Origin: a virus
Taxonomy: Duplodnaviria > Caudoviricetes
IMG/VR virus record: IMGVR_UViG_3300028048_000040
Span: 64,001-128,000 of that record
Direction: 5' to 3' (one strand)
Length of the DNA stretch: 64,000 nucleotides
Below are positions 20,407-30,670 of this stretch, in pieces (the stretch's first letter is position 1; every line of letters begins with the position of its first letter). The notes beneath the pieces are model-generated. The model searched no databases. It had not been told where the DNA came from and worked only from the letters and a program-made list of their open reading frames with translations. The translations under genes were made by a program, and so were the position numbers.

Positions 20407-21031
20407 AAGTATCTATATACTCCTTATGTTGTGGATTCATAAAGTCTAATGTATATTCATTATATGTAGGAGATGATTTAGACAGCTGTAAAATTACAGC
20501 TCCTCTTAAATTAGTATTATGAACTTCTCTAAGAACTTTATTATATGCTGCTAACTGAAGGAAGTATTTATAAGTTATATGATTAGAAGTCTTAAAGTCT
20601 ATTAACCATGGTTCTCCATTGATAGATAATAGTAGATCATAAGTACCACCATAATACTGACAGATTAAAGGAATCTCTTGTCCTAATATCTGTACAGTCT
20701 GATTAGATATAAGATTATTCCACCAGTTAATAAATGCCATCATAGAAAAATAAGGAGCATCTTGTAAAATTCTATTCTCTTTTAGGAATATCTCTATTCC
20801 ATGATGAGTCTTACTACCATAATTACATGCTTCATTTAACACATCTCTATATTTCTGGTGTTTGAATCCTAAGTTATTAGCCCATATAGTTATAGCATCT
20901 GAATGAATCATATCAGATATAATAGATGTTACTCTAGGTACTTTATTTCCATTGAACGAATAGTCTGAAACTGATTCAGATAGTTTAAACTCTAAATCAT
21001 CTATGTCTTTGAACGAGAATTCATATTGCAT
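20315..21031 (-). CDS. PD-(D/E)XK nuclease (Cas4/RecB-like)
   Basis: PRVTSII, GSKTH, YGGTYD, LIDFKTS, QLAAY. Confidence 0.88.
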   Translation of the reverse strand: MQYEFSFKDIDDLEFKLSESVSDYSFNGNKVPRVTSIISDMIHSDAITIWANNLGFKHQKYRDVLNEACNYGSKTHHGIEIFLKENRILQDAPYFSMMAFINWWNNLISNQTVQILGQEIPLICQYYGGTYDLLLSINGEPWLIDFKTSNHITYKYFLQLAAYNKVLREVHNTNLRGAVILQLSKSSPTYNEYTLDFMNPQHKEYIDTCERTFMSLLYSYYHIKYLEGEFNHVLEQRK

Positions 21032-21121
21032 GTTGTTGCCTCCTATATATTTACTTATCTTGAAGTCTTCATTACAATAAAAAACAAGAGGGACTAACCG
21101 GACTAACCCCTCTTGTTAATC

Positions 21122-22015
21122 TTATTTTTTATCCTTTACACGATTTTCAATATACGATTCAATCGCAGTAAATAGACTATTATCTTTAAGCAATACAGAT
21201 TTGGCTAAACCAAGATGATTGATATTATAAATATAAGCATTAACTTCATCAATAGTTATATTGAATTTTTTAGCAATCTCCTTTTTCTTTTCTTCTACCT
21301 TCATTTTTAATAATTTGGTGTTTTTATAATATTCATTTTTTTCATATATTTGTTTAAAGAATTCTTCTTTTGTTTCTGCTTTACTATAGATATTATGTAT
21401 TACACGATTACCTTTAGGAATATAGACATAAACCCTATGTATATCTCTAAAGTTTTTATATGGAGATATATCAAATTTAAACGTATCCCTAATATCACGT
21501 ACTTTACGCTTTGAACCTTCTCTAATTTCATTAATATATTTGGTCCTAACGAAATGATCTATTTCTTTTAGCTCTTCATCAGTAATTTTTGATGTATCTC
21601 GTTTTATACCTTTTGATTCATATAAGTGCCTTCGTATAGCTGCAGTAGTAGCATCATAGTCTAAATTTAATTCTTCGCATAACGCATGTAATTTAGCTGG
21701 GTATTTCTTAGATCTGTTTAAGTTTTGACATTCTAATTCTATTTTTTCAAAATCTTCATCTACTAAAGACGTAAAATTTTTATGCAATTTAGAATAAACA
21801 AAATGTCTTAATGTAGATCGTTCCATATTATATTTACTACTAATAACACTAATCCTTTCTTTAATATTTTTCATAATCGAAGCTTGTTTTAGATATTCTC
21901 TTGTTTTTTCTAAATCTTTATCACACTTTCTATAATATGCAAATTCAATATTATAAATACTAAGATTTGGAAACTCTTTCATTAAAATATTTCGAATTCC
22001 TGGTTTACTACTCAT
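21122..22015 (-). CDS. Basic helical-repeat protein, paralogue of 22808-23728
   Basis: ORF; shared modules with the neighbouring gene. Confidence 0.7.
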   Translation of the reverse strand: MSSKPGIRNILMKEFPNLSIYNIEFAYYRKCDKDLEKTREYLKQASIMKNIKERISVISSKYNMERSTLRHFVYSKLHKNFTSLVDEDFEKIELECQNLNRSKKYPAKLHALCEELNLDYDATTAAIRRHLYESKGIKRDTSKITDEELKEIDHFVRTKYINEIREGSKRKVRDIRDTFKFDISPYKNFRDIHRVYVYIPKGNRVIHNIYSKAETKEEFFKQIYEKNEYYKNTKLLKMKVEEKKKEIAKKFNITIDEVNAYIYNINHLGLAKSVLLKDNSLFTAIESYIENRVKDKK

Positions 22016-22120
22016 CTCTTATCAACTCCTCATATAAATAGTATACAACTAAAAAATAATTTGCTCTAAAAATACAAAAAACATAGGGATTGCTCCCTAT
22101 GTTTTGAATAGATTGATTGA

Positions 22121-22345
22121 TTAGATAGTTTCTAACAATGGTTTATCTGGATGAAGAGAATTATACTCTTTAATACAAGCAAACTTTACTTCTGAAAGTT
22201 TGCTTTCATCAAAATGAATAGAACTAACCACTCCAGCTTTAGCAAGACGATAACGGATCTGACTGTAAGTCAATCCACACAAATTTCCCATGTAATTGAA
22301 AAACTTGTGATACTTGGTTTCCATTTCTCTTTCTTCTGTTGTCAT
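22121..22345 (-). CDS. Small hypothetical early protein
   Basis: ORF with RBS, promoter and terminator. Confidence 0.7.
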   Translation of the reverse strand: MTTEEREMETKYHKFFNYMGNLCGLTYSQIRYRLAKAGVVSSIHFDESKLSEVKFACIKEYNSLHPDKPLLETI

Positions 22346-22458
22346 TTTTAAATACCTCCTAAATCTGAAAACATAATTTTCTTTTCATCTCTATAATATA
22401 TATCTATTTCTAAGTTTGAATAACAAAAAACAAGAGGGGATTCCCTCTTGTTTTATTT

Positions 22459-22758
22459 TTAATGAGCATCTTTAGATTCAAATGACTGTTTAGCTCTATC
22501 AATGATAACATCAGTACAGTGCTTTGTATCGAACATACCATGTTCTTTAAGCTCTCTGTAGCAATCATCATATGATAGATTATATTGATCTACCATATCA
22601 TCAACAAAGTTTTTTACATGAGCTTTGCACTGACGTTCTCTAAGAACATTCAATACCTTCTTTTCATCATACTCACAGGATTCGTATATCCTATCAACAT
22701 CCCTCTTTCTATACCCAAGTTCTGTTTCAATAGAGTAAATCTCATCTTTAATAGCCAT
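22459..22758 (-). CDS. Small hypothetical early protein
   Basis: ORF with RBS, promoter and terminator. Confidence 0.7.
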   Translation of the reverse strand: MAIKDEIYSIETELGYRKRDVDRIYESCEYDEKKVLNVLRERQCKAHVKNFVDDMVDQYNLSYDDCYRELKEHGMFDTKHCTDVIIDRAKQSFESKDAH

Positions 22759-22807
22759 TTTAACTATTCCTCCTTTCTACCTATCAATAAAATAATATAT
22801 AATTATT

Positions 22808-23728
22808 TTAAATTTTATTTATCACCCATTTTCTTTCTGTATTTAATTTTAGTTCTAACTCATTAAGCTTTTCAGTATCAAGAAAGTCTAGCTTACTCAT
22901 ATTTAATCTACTCCAAGCAAAATTAAATACAGTATTTTGTGATAAATTAAATTTTTTACATATAGCATCTATATTAGAATTTATCTGATCAGCATTTATT
23001 TTTGTAGTATTTAGCTTTTGTCTATGTTTAAGGTATTTTTCAATATTTTTATCAAATTCTTCTCTTGTTTTAGAATGTCTATATAATTCTATTGTTCTTG
23101 GAACATTAAATCCTTTGGCATTAGCAAATGCTGTTACTGAGCTATGACCGTCAAGATCAAACTTCAATGGTATCATTCTATAACTTATCTTCTTTGGTTT
23201 TTTATATTTATCTCTAGCATAAATATATATTTTATCTATTTCTTCTTCAGTTAAATCTTCAAGCTTTTTATTTTTATCTTTAATAACTGAACGTTTTATA
23301 GAATACATAGTTTCTTTGTTCATTTCTATACCTAATTCATTTATACGATTATGTAATTCTTTGATTCTCAAACGTGATTTATAAAATTCTTCAAATGAAT
23401 ATCGTAAATAGAAAGGTTTGGTATTATTTTTATTTATATATCTATCATATAACATTCTAACATATTCTCTATCAGTTTCATTATATTTTTTCATAATATA
23501 ATCTATTGAATCATGATTAGCTTTTGTCTTTTTTCTATATTCTAATATACGATTCATTCTAAATTCAAATTCTTTTTCATCATAATTACTTTTTATCAAC
23601 ATTGCTGTTACATTGTTTCTTATTAAAGAAAATTTCACTACAACATCTTTTACAGTATTACAATCTTTAAACATTTCTCCTTTAAATCCTTCAATATAGG
23701 TATCATATTTACTTTTACCTCTACTCAT
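22808..23728 (-). CDS. Basic helical-repeat protein, paralogue of 21122-22015
   Basis: Start moved to MSRGKSK behind AGGAG. Confidence 0.7.
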   Translation of the reverse strand: MSRGKSKYDTYIEGFKGEMFKDCNTVKDVVVKFSLIRNNVTAMLIKSNYDEKEFEFRMNRILEYRKKTKANHDSIDYIMKKYNETDREYVRMLYDRYINKNNTKPFYLRYSFEEFYKSRLRIKELHNRINELGIEMNKETMYSIKRSVIKDKNKKLEDLTEEEIDKIYIYARDKYKKPKKISYRMIPLKFDLDGHSSVTAFANAKGFNVPRTIELYRHSKTREEFDKNIEKYLKHRQKLNTTKINADQINSNIDAICKKFNLSQNTVFNFAWSRLNMSKLDFLDTEKLNELELKLNTERKWVINKI

Positions 23729-23822
23729 TTTCTTTTCTCCTATTTCTTGACTACTAGAAAAATTATACATTATAAAATTCGAAAAGATAAGTATTAGAGC
23801 CAAAGCTCTAATACCTTAGTTT

Positions 23823-24176
23823 TTATTCAATTACCATAAAACTAGATAAGAACTTATCTCTTTCCAAATTTACTATTACCATATTATCTAATGTAACTTG
23901 AATTCTAGATGAACGTGGATCGTTCCACCAATACCACTGTTGATTAGGATTCAATCTTAATTCCATTACTGGAGTAATAATAGTAGAATTAGTCATAGGT
24001 TGACACAATCCAGGATTGCTCATACTATGAGTTACTGTTACAGTAAATCCATCTTTAACTACTTTCGTTACATTAGTAGGTGGAGGAATAAGACCTAAAT
24101 CAAAATTACTCCTACTCATACTACTAATTGGTTGAACTCCAATCATAATAATCACTCCTTTGATTAATCTTCCCAA
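23823..24176 (-). CDS. Hypothetical protein
   Basis: ORF track. Confidence 0.6.
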   Translation of the reverse strand: MGRLIKGVIIMIGVQPISSMSRSNFDLGLIPPPTNVTKVVKDGFTVTVTHSMSNPGLCQPMTNSTIITPVMELRLNPNQQWYWWNDPRSSRIQVTLDNMVIVNLERDKFLSSFMVIE

Positions 24177-24778
24177 TATACAGCAATTAGTGAATCTTTC
24201 TTAGCCATATAATGATTTATATCTTCGATAACACAATCTTTCCATTCTGAATTACATTTATCCCAATAATACACAGATAACCATTTTCTAAAATACTCTA
24301 TTGCTTCATCTAAGTTATTAGTAACCATTTCTTTTCTTGGGCGATGCCAATAACTATTAATGAACTCTTCGTAAAATGGAAACTTCTTAGTCCATAACAC
24401 ATTAAGTGGAATTATTTTAGATTCATTGTATTTAGGTTTTACTATGGAGCTATATGTTTTTCCAATATAATCTTTCTCAATTTTGTAATACGGGCAAATA
24501 TAATTAGAATATGCTCTCTTTCTCAGATAATATGTATTGATAAAGGAATCATGTCCATAATAAAATTTACGTTTATCCAATGTTTTACGAGAACCTATTT
24601 CCCAAATAGCTGGAAGGGATAAATTATTATCATATTGAGTCCCATCCTTTTTATAGAACTTGTAATCTTTATCAGTATACTTTATCTTATTTCCAACTAT
24701 ATTCCCAATCAATTCATCTCTTGCAAATTCTACTTCTAGTGGTTCATATATTCTTAAGGTTACAGTACACCGCTCCAT
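24164..24778 (-). CDS. Hypothetical protein
   Basis: ORF with GAGG RBS. Confidence 0.7.
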   Translation of the reverse strand: MERCTVTLRIYEPLEVEFARDELIGNIVGNKIKYTDKDYKFYKKDGTQYDNNLSLPAIWEIGSRKTLDKRKFYYGHDSFINTYYLRKRAYSNYICPYYKIEKDYIGKTYSSIVKPKYNESKIIPLNVLWTKKFPFYEEFINSYWHRPRKEMVTNNLDEAIEYFRKWLSVYYWDKCNSEWKDCVIEDINHYMAKKDSLIAVYWED

Positions 24779-24794
24779 AGTAAATTACCTCTCT

Positions 24795-25088
24795 TTAAAA
24801 TCCTAATTGATCTTTAATATACTTAAAATCTCCCTCCAATTCTTTAGGTAATAGTCCTCTTTTGAATAAGATATTAGATAGATTATTGATTAATCTACCA
24901 GCATCTCTCCTTTTAAAGAAGTTCCTTTGATCTGTATCAGCAGCTATTCCAATATCATATTTGAAATCATTAATAGCAGATGTTAATCTTGCCATTTCAT
25001 TTGCATCTGCAGTATATACTTCTTTCACCTCTTCTGTACCTGGAATAGTTACTTCTTTTAATACTTTCTTTACTTTAGATCTAGGCAT
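24795..25088 (-). CDS. Hypothetical protein
   Basis: ORF with RBS and an early-type promoter at about 25123. Confidence 0.72.
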   Translation of the reverse strand: MPRSKVKKVLKEVTIPGTEEVKEVYTADANEMARLTSAINDFKYDIGIAADTDQRNFFKRRDAGRLINNLSNILFKRGLLPKELEGDFKYIKDQLGF

Positions 25089-25187
25089 TTACATTCTCCT
25101 CTCTTAATCTACCTACAATAAAATAGTATATATCTATAAAAAATATTAAAAAAGAAACAGGATGTAGAGTCCTGTTTCTTTTTGTAT

Positions 25188-25571
25188 TTAAGCATTGAGG
25201 AAAGCATATTTGTATTCGAAATCGAATATATGTTTAACATGCTTGCAGAATTCCTCCTGCTGGTATTTAGAGAAAGACTTTGCTGATACAGTCATTACTG
25301 TATTTTTATCACCTCTCTTTGCTATAATATAGAAATAAGTATTGCCTTCTTCAGTATCATCAACCATGTTAATTTCTTCTAACTCGAATTCACCTCCTTC
25401 TTTTTTGAATAAGTTTAGATCTTTCTTGAGATCTTCCATGAATTCTCCACAGGAGCTATAGACCATTTTCTTGCCACTATCAGTGGTGACAAGACAAGTT
25501 CCACTGTAAATAAACACACCCAGATATTCTTCCAGTTCTGCCATTATTTCTTTGGAAATCTTCTTGCTCAT
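25188..25571 (-). CDS. Hypothetical early protein with the conserved structured leader
   Basis: ORF with RBS, promoter and terminator. Confidence 0.8.
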   Translation of the reverse strand: MSKKISKEIMAELEEYLGVFIYSGTCLVTTDSGKKMVYSSCGEFMEDLKKDLNLFKKEGGEFELEEINMVDDTEEGNTYFYIIAKRGDKNTVMTVSAKSFSKYQQEEFCKHVKHIFDFEYKYAFLNA

Positions 25572-25635
25572 GATAAAGTACCTCCTTATTAAATATATGA
25601 ACTAGCTCATCTTGACTAGTTCTTCACTTTATCAC
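25569..25635 (-). promoter_or_regulatory. Conserved start-codon-sequestering 5' UTR, copy 2
   Basis: GTGATAAAGTG...TACTTTATCATG with inner hairpin GAACTAG-TCAAGATGAG-CTAGTTC. Confidence 0.7.
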
Positions 25636-25661
25636 TGCTATAGTATACAAGTAAAAAAATT

Positions 25662-25777
25662 AAAAATGACATGATATGGAAGAGAGGAGATCTGGTTCTG
25701 ACTTCAGATCCCATGTGTGTATGTTAAATCAAATTCCCCAACTCAATTTTACTGCTTTTCTTCCACATCACATCACT
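25662..25777 (-). ncRNA. Candidate early structured small RNA, about 115 nt
   Basis: Early-type promoter at about 25781-25790; 17-bp closing stem 25775-25759/25683-25667 with 3 G-U pairs; U-tract follows. Confidence 0.6.
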
Positions 25778-25803
25778 ATTATAGTATATAACTATAATTT
25801 GGT

Positions 25804-26067
25804 TTACTTTGCAGAATCAAGATACGTTTTTAACTTATTTTCAAATTCTGCTTCAGTTTCACAGGTTTCTCTTATGTACTTAATCTCTTTCCCAATAGTA
25901 TTCAATTCATTCTCTATATTAACTATATGAGGATATGCAAATTTTGCACTTTCAAGAATAGAACCTGTAGATCTAATCATTTTTTCATTAGCTTCAGAAA
26001 GACTAGTAATAATCTTTACTAAGTCCTCTTTATCTAACTTCATTAAAGCTTCTTTAGAAATTTTCAT
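25804..26067 (-). CDS. Small coiled-coil hypothetical protein
   Basis: ORF with GGAGG RBS and promoter. Confidence 0.72.
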   Translation of the reverse strand: MKISKEALMKLDKEDLVKIITSLSEANEKMIRSTGSILESAKFAYPHIVNIENELNTIGKEIKYIRETCETEAEFENKLKTYLDSAK

Positions 26068-26202
26068 TTGAATTCACCTCCTCTCATCAACCACCCATAA
26101 AAATAGTATATGCCTAAAAATAAGTTTACTAGATAGATTATATACTAACGACATTTACATAAATTGAGATCTTATTATTTCATAAGGGAGGAATATATAC
26201 AG

Positions 26203-27183
26203 ATGAGCAACATCAAAACTTATTCTGATACTTATCTATATCAGAAATATCCTATTTACACAAAGAAACTTACAGATGCTATTATGAGAGATCCTGTAAT
26301 TGAAAAGAATACAGATACATTCTCAGATGTAGAGTATGTAGTTAAGAAAGCAAGAATCTCTGATTCTTTAGTAAACATTCTTAAATCTAGAAATGTTATT
26401 CTATTAGCATGTGAAGATCCTCTTCCTAGAGCATTTAAAGTATTTGCTGCTAGAGATATGAAATCTAAAGATAGAGCACTTAGAATCTTCATAGATTGTA
26501 CTGGTGTAATCACTAAGTCTAAAACTTCTATGGATTATACTGTGAATGAATCTAAACTTCTATCATATCTATTATCTGCTGGTGTTACTATGGCTTATCA
26601 TAAAGATGCTAGTATGATTACTAGAAGAAGTGCATTAGTTACTGGTTCTACAGAAGCATTTGCTAAATGCTTTACTTTCATTATAGATTATCTAACTAAA
26701 GTATCTATTCAGGAATCTAGTAAAGTAAAAGTAATGTATCTATCTTCTATGTATTTCCTAATTGGTCAGTTAGGATTAGATGAGTCTAGAGCACAACCTA
26801 TTGCTAAGAAGATTGCTGGTATTTCTGAAAGAGAAGCTACTATGCTAGATATGCTTCTAGAGAAATATAGTGTACCTAAAGGTGGAAATACTAAAGATCA
26901 TTCTCCATATGAGAATATCAAAGTGTTTGTATCTGCTCTAAGAGAAGTAATGCATTTTAACGCTAAAACTATTAGTGTAGATATTGTAGTAGAAAGATGG
27001 ATGCACTCCTATGGTGTAGGAACAGTATTTGCATTAGAATATTTCCCAGCATTCTCTGCTATGATGACAGATGCTTATATTGGTGGATACTTAAACTCTC
27101 AGAAAACTATAGAGAAAATTTGTGGATCTACTATGGTTCAGTATTCTAAGGATGCAATCGACTTTGTAAGTAGCTTAGCTTAA
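26203..27183 (+). CDS. Hypothetical protein, first gene of the late structural operon
   Basis: Start moved to MSNIKTY behind GGGAGG; late-type motif at 26151-26162. Confidence 0.75.
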   Translation: MSNIKTYSDTYLYQKYPIYTKKLTDAIMRDPVIEKNTDTFSDVEYVVKKARISDSLVNILKSRNVILLACEDPLPRAFKVFAARDMKSKDRALRIFIDCTGVITKSKTSMDYTVNESKLLSYLLSAGVTMAYHKDASMITRRSALVTGSTEAFAKCFTFIIDYLTKVSIQESSKVKVMYLSSMYFLIGQLGLDESRAQPIAKKIAGISEREATMLDMLLEKYSVPKGGNTKDHSPYENIKVFVSALREVMHFNAKTISVDIVVERWMHSYGVGTVFALEYFPAFSAMMTDAYIGGYLNSQKTIEKICGSTMVQYSKDAIDFVSSLA

Positions 27184-27201
27184 TGAGAAAGTAGTGATTA
27201 G

Positions 27202-30200
27202 ATGAGCAGGTTCTTATTAAGACTAAATTTTGATTCAAATGGCTGTACTGATACTAGGATTGCTAATGTTGGTGAAGTAAACTTCGAAACAGAATCTGCT
27301 ATAAAAGAATATCATCAAAGATCTGCATACTTTCCACCATATTCTCATGCAGGATTAAGATTCTATGATTCTAATAGTGAGATAAAAGATCTGTTTGGAG
27401 ATATAGACAATCCTACTACAATATATTTTAAATATAAGATTAAGAGAAAATATATGAGAAGGGATATACTAACACCAATCATTTCCTATAGAGATGGAAA
27501 TGCTGATGATACTAATATCCCATTCTTATATTTTAAAGATAGAAAATGGTTAGTAATAGAGATAGATAGTAATGGAGATAAACTTTATACTAGAGATATA
27601 AGCTATACTTTTGATGATAGATGGCATTGTGTTACTATTACTAGACTAAGAAAGAAAGTATCTATATTTATAGACGGTATAAAGAATACAGAAAAATTAG
27701 TAGACTATCCATTTACATTTGGAGATAATCTATACTTAGGATTATTTCATCCTAATGCTAGTACTACAGCAACATTTAACAATGGTTCTTTAGATGATTT
27801 CTGTATAACAGATAGTGTATTTTATTTTGAGAACTTTGTTCCTCCTACACTATATTGGAATGGTTTAGATTCTAGAGATAACTATTTCCTAAATGATTAT
27901 TTCAATATAGATAATCTGGATCCTGATTTAGCATTTCAAATGGAAAGAAATAGAACCCATACTATTCAATCTATTAATGCTAATCAGATAGGAAATATAC
28001 CATATAGAATGAAGATAGAATGGTATACTGATGATAAGTATTTTATCAATGACGAAGAGCTAGTAAGAGAAATCAATAAGAAAAGAGACTATACTATTCT
28101 TAGAATTTTTATGGTAGAAAATATACATATGTTTGTAGACGGTACAGAAAGATTTGGTGAATGGGAACCATTAACTGAAGTAGCTGCTAAACATACTATG
28201 TATCCATTTGCTCTATTTGTAAATAAGAACTTTATTCCTCTTAGTAGAATTCGTATAATCAAATCTGACTATTGGTATACTTTTATAATTAGAGGATTAG
28301 ATCCCAGTGTAGAAGTTACTGATGTTAAGATGTTATTTATTCCCTTTAGTTGTATATATGAAGAGTATAGAGGAGAAAGACCTGATAAACAGGTTATGTA
28401 TTCATTCAAAGAGAATGGTAAATTTACTACAGATGGAGCAGACTTCTACTATTATTTTGATAATGAAAAATACCCCAACTTAAAAGCTGGAGGTATAAAA
28501 GAAGAATATATCAATCCTGGTTTATTAAGTAATGATCCAGAATCTGATTTGACTATAGATGATACTCAATTAATGCATTATTCTTGGAGATATGGAAACT
28601 TTGAAGTAAAAAGAAATGATGGTACTTCTACATATGTATATTTCATGGCTTGGGATAATGGTTGGATTAAACCAGGAGATGTAGTACTTCTGTATGTAGG
28701 TAATACTCTTATTCCACAAGAGAAATATAGAATTGTAGGATATGATCTAATAGAGATATTTGATTATTATACCATGGGTCTAGATGGTAGATTGATTACA
28801 ATGTGTATAATAACAGATTGTAGAACAGATGGTTGGTTATTTGAAGACTTTACTGATACTAAAGTAGTAGAAGTAGAAGCTACAGAGAATGAACAGTCTG
28901 TATTCAAGATACCAGATGTTGATGATGGAGACACAATTCCATATGACCAATTCTTACTCTTCAAAGGATCTGTATGTTTAGAGAATGAAAAGAGATATAA
29001 GATAAATTATGACAAAGGAACAATAACTTTACTATCTCCTTCTGATTGGATGAGTATAGGAAGACATTTAACATTTGTATTTGTTAGATGCCATAAATCA
29101 GATGAATGGGGTCCAATGTGGATGAAACCTATCTTCTTTGAAAAGAAGATAACTCAAGCTGATCCTACTAATCTGATTACTACTATAGATATACCAAACA
29201 TGTATAATATCAAGTATACCATGAACAATCTCATGGTATATAATCATAATACATTGGTAGTTCCTCAGAGATATAGAATAGAGAACAATCAGCTTATCTT
29301 CGTTCATCCTGGAGATGGTTTACAAGGAAATCCATCATTAATCTTTGTAGTTCTTAAAATGGCATCTCAGATAGAGAAAGATAATCCTAGAAATAAACTA
29401 TTACTAGATCTATATAGAAAAGGAAGAAGATTCCCATTCTACAATCTAGGAATAGATAAGAAGATAAAGCTAACTTTAGAAAATATAACTGCATTTGATC
29501 AAAATGGTGAATATATTGATGATCTTATGGGTTGTATTTATAGTATGAATGTAATCAAACAGCTATACACTTCTGATCCTAATAGAGTTGTAAGATATAT
29601 AACTATTGTATATCATGATTGGTCTGAAGAGAACTATGCTAATATAACCCTTCCAGATAACGATAACTTCATCAAACAATATCTATGTATGTTTACAGAG
29701 TTTGAAGAGTTAGATAAACATTTTGATGAATTCATTTCTGAATATGAGACTAAGTATAGACTTAGAGGAGAATCAGGAATAAGAAAGATTCATTTCCATT
29801 ACGGAGTTAATCTAGCAAAAGAACTAGACTATCAAATCTATTATAATCAATCTAGATTTGATTCTGTATATGAAAAGAAAAGAACTGTAACTAGAAAGAC
29901 TTTTAATACAGATACTCTAAATGATGCATTAAAAGAAGATACAGTTACTGGAAAATTCAATCTTAGTATTCCTCAAAATACTAAATGGTTTATAAATAAT
30001 ATCTATGATACTTATTCTCTCTTCTTTAAGAATGGAGAACTTATAGACCATGAAGAATGTGTATCTTATCTAGGAAACGAGTGTAAACTAAGTTTACCTT
30101 CTAAATTAGGTTCAGATGAATGGATGGAATCTATTGATTGTCATAAACAGTTAAATAAGCTAGAAGAATTACCTATAGCTATTAAGGGATTCAATCCTGA

Positions 30201-30591
30201 TCCTATAACTAACTTTAATCCAGATCCTTATGTACCATCTGGAACCAATGTATATACAGAATTCAATATCAAATTCTATGTAACTGAATATTATGAGAGT
30301 GAAGATGAACTAGTAATTTCTGTTACTACTACATTGCCATCTGATGGTAATATAGCTATCAATGAATTACCTGATGATAGAATAGTAGAAATACCAATTA
30401 CTGTAGATGCTGCAGGAGAGTGGGAAGATGATCTAATTGATATTGAAATAGAAACTTGGACAGATCCTCCTCCATATGTACCACCTGCTGGATGGAAAGG
30501 ACCAGAATATTATGATATCTATTGTAAACTGGTTGCAGTAGCTCCATTTGATGATGACTTTGTATGTTCAGTTGATGTTGTCGCAGAATAA
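27202..30591 (+). CDS. Large virion structural protein with an N-terminal LamG/ConA-like domain
   Basis: DDRWHCVTITR...IFIDG...GSLDDFCIT; 1129 aa; structural-gene context. Confidence 0.7.
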   Translation: MSRFLLRLNFDSNGCTDTRIANVGEVNFETESAIKEYHQRSAYFPPYSHAGLRFYDSNSEIKDLFGDIDNPTTIYFKYKIKRKYMRRDILTPIISYRDGNADDTNIPFLYFKDRKWLVIEIDSNGDKLYTRDISYTFDDRWHCVTITRLRKKVSIFIDGIKNTEKLVDYPFTFGDNLYLGLFHPNASTTATFNNGSLDDFCITDSVFYFENFVPPTLYWNGLDSRDNYFLNDYFNIDNLDPDLAFQMERNRTHTIQSINANQIGNIPYRMKIEWYTDDKYFINDEELVREINKKRDYTILRIFMVENIHMFVDGTERFGEWEPLTEVAAKHTMYPFALFVNKNFIPLSRIRIIKSDYWYTFIIRGLDPSVEVTDVKMLFIPFSCIYEEYRGERPDKQVMYSFKENGKFTTDGADFYYYFDNEKYPNLKAGGIKEEYINPGLLSNDPESDLTIDDTQLMHYSWRYGNFEVKRNDGTSTYVYFMAWDNGWIKPGDVVLLYVGNTLIPQEKYRIVGYDLIEIFDYYTMGLDGRLITMCIITDCRTDGWLFEDFTDTKVVEVEATENEQSVFKIPDVDDGDTIPYDQFLLFKGSVCLENEKRYKINYDKGTITLLSPSDWMSIGRHLTFVFVRCHKSDEWGPMWMKPIFFEKKITQADPTNLITTIDIPNMYNIKYTMNNLMVYNHNTLVVPQRYRIENNQLIFVHPGDGLQGNPSLIFVVLKMASQIEKDNPRNKLLLDLYRKGRRFPFYNLGIDKKIKLTLENITAFDQNGEYIDDLMGCIYSMNVIKQLYTSDPNRVVRYITIVYHDWSEENYANITLPDNDNFIKQYLCMFTEFEELDKHFDEFISEYETKYRLRGESGIRKIHFHYGVNLAKELDYQIYYNQSRFDSVYEKKRTVTRKTFNTDTLNDALKEDTVTGKFNLSIPQNTKWFINNIYDTYSLFFKNGELIDHEECVSYLGNECKLSLPSKLGSDEWMESIDCHKQLNKLEELPIAIKGFNPDPITNFNPDPYVPSGTNVYTEFNIKFYVTEYYESEDELVISVTTTLPSDGNIAINELPDDRIVEIPITVDAAGEWEDDLIDIEIETWTDPPPYVPPAGWKGPEYYDIYCKLVAVAPFDDDFVCSVDVVAE

Positions 30592-30670
30592 ACACATAAA
30601 TGGGATATGGGAATAATCCCATATCCCAAATTTTAGTAAAAGAAACAGAGAAAGGAGAGAAATAATATAT

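Noticed and set aside
20315-21031. CRISPR-associated cas4
   Set aside because: Stand-alone PD-(D/E)XK nuclease without the Fe-S cysteine cluster or other cas genes.
21085-21116. GGACTAACC tandem duplication in a hairpin loop
   Set aside because: Single occurrence inside an ordinary terminator; most likely slippage.
25676-25930. 84-aa plus-strand ORF
   Set aside because: Overlaps a minus-strand gene and the structured ncRNA candidate, with no RBS.
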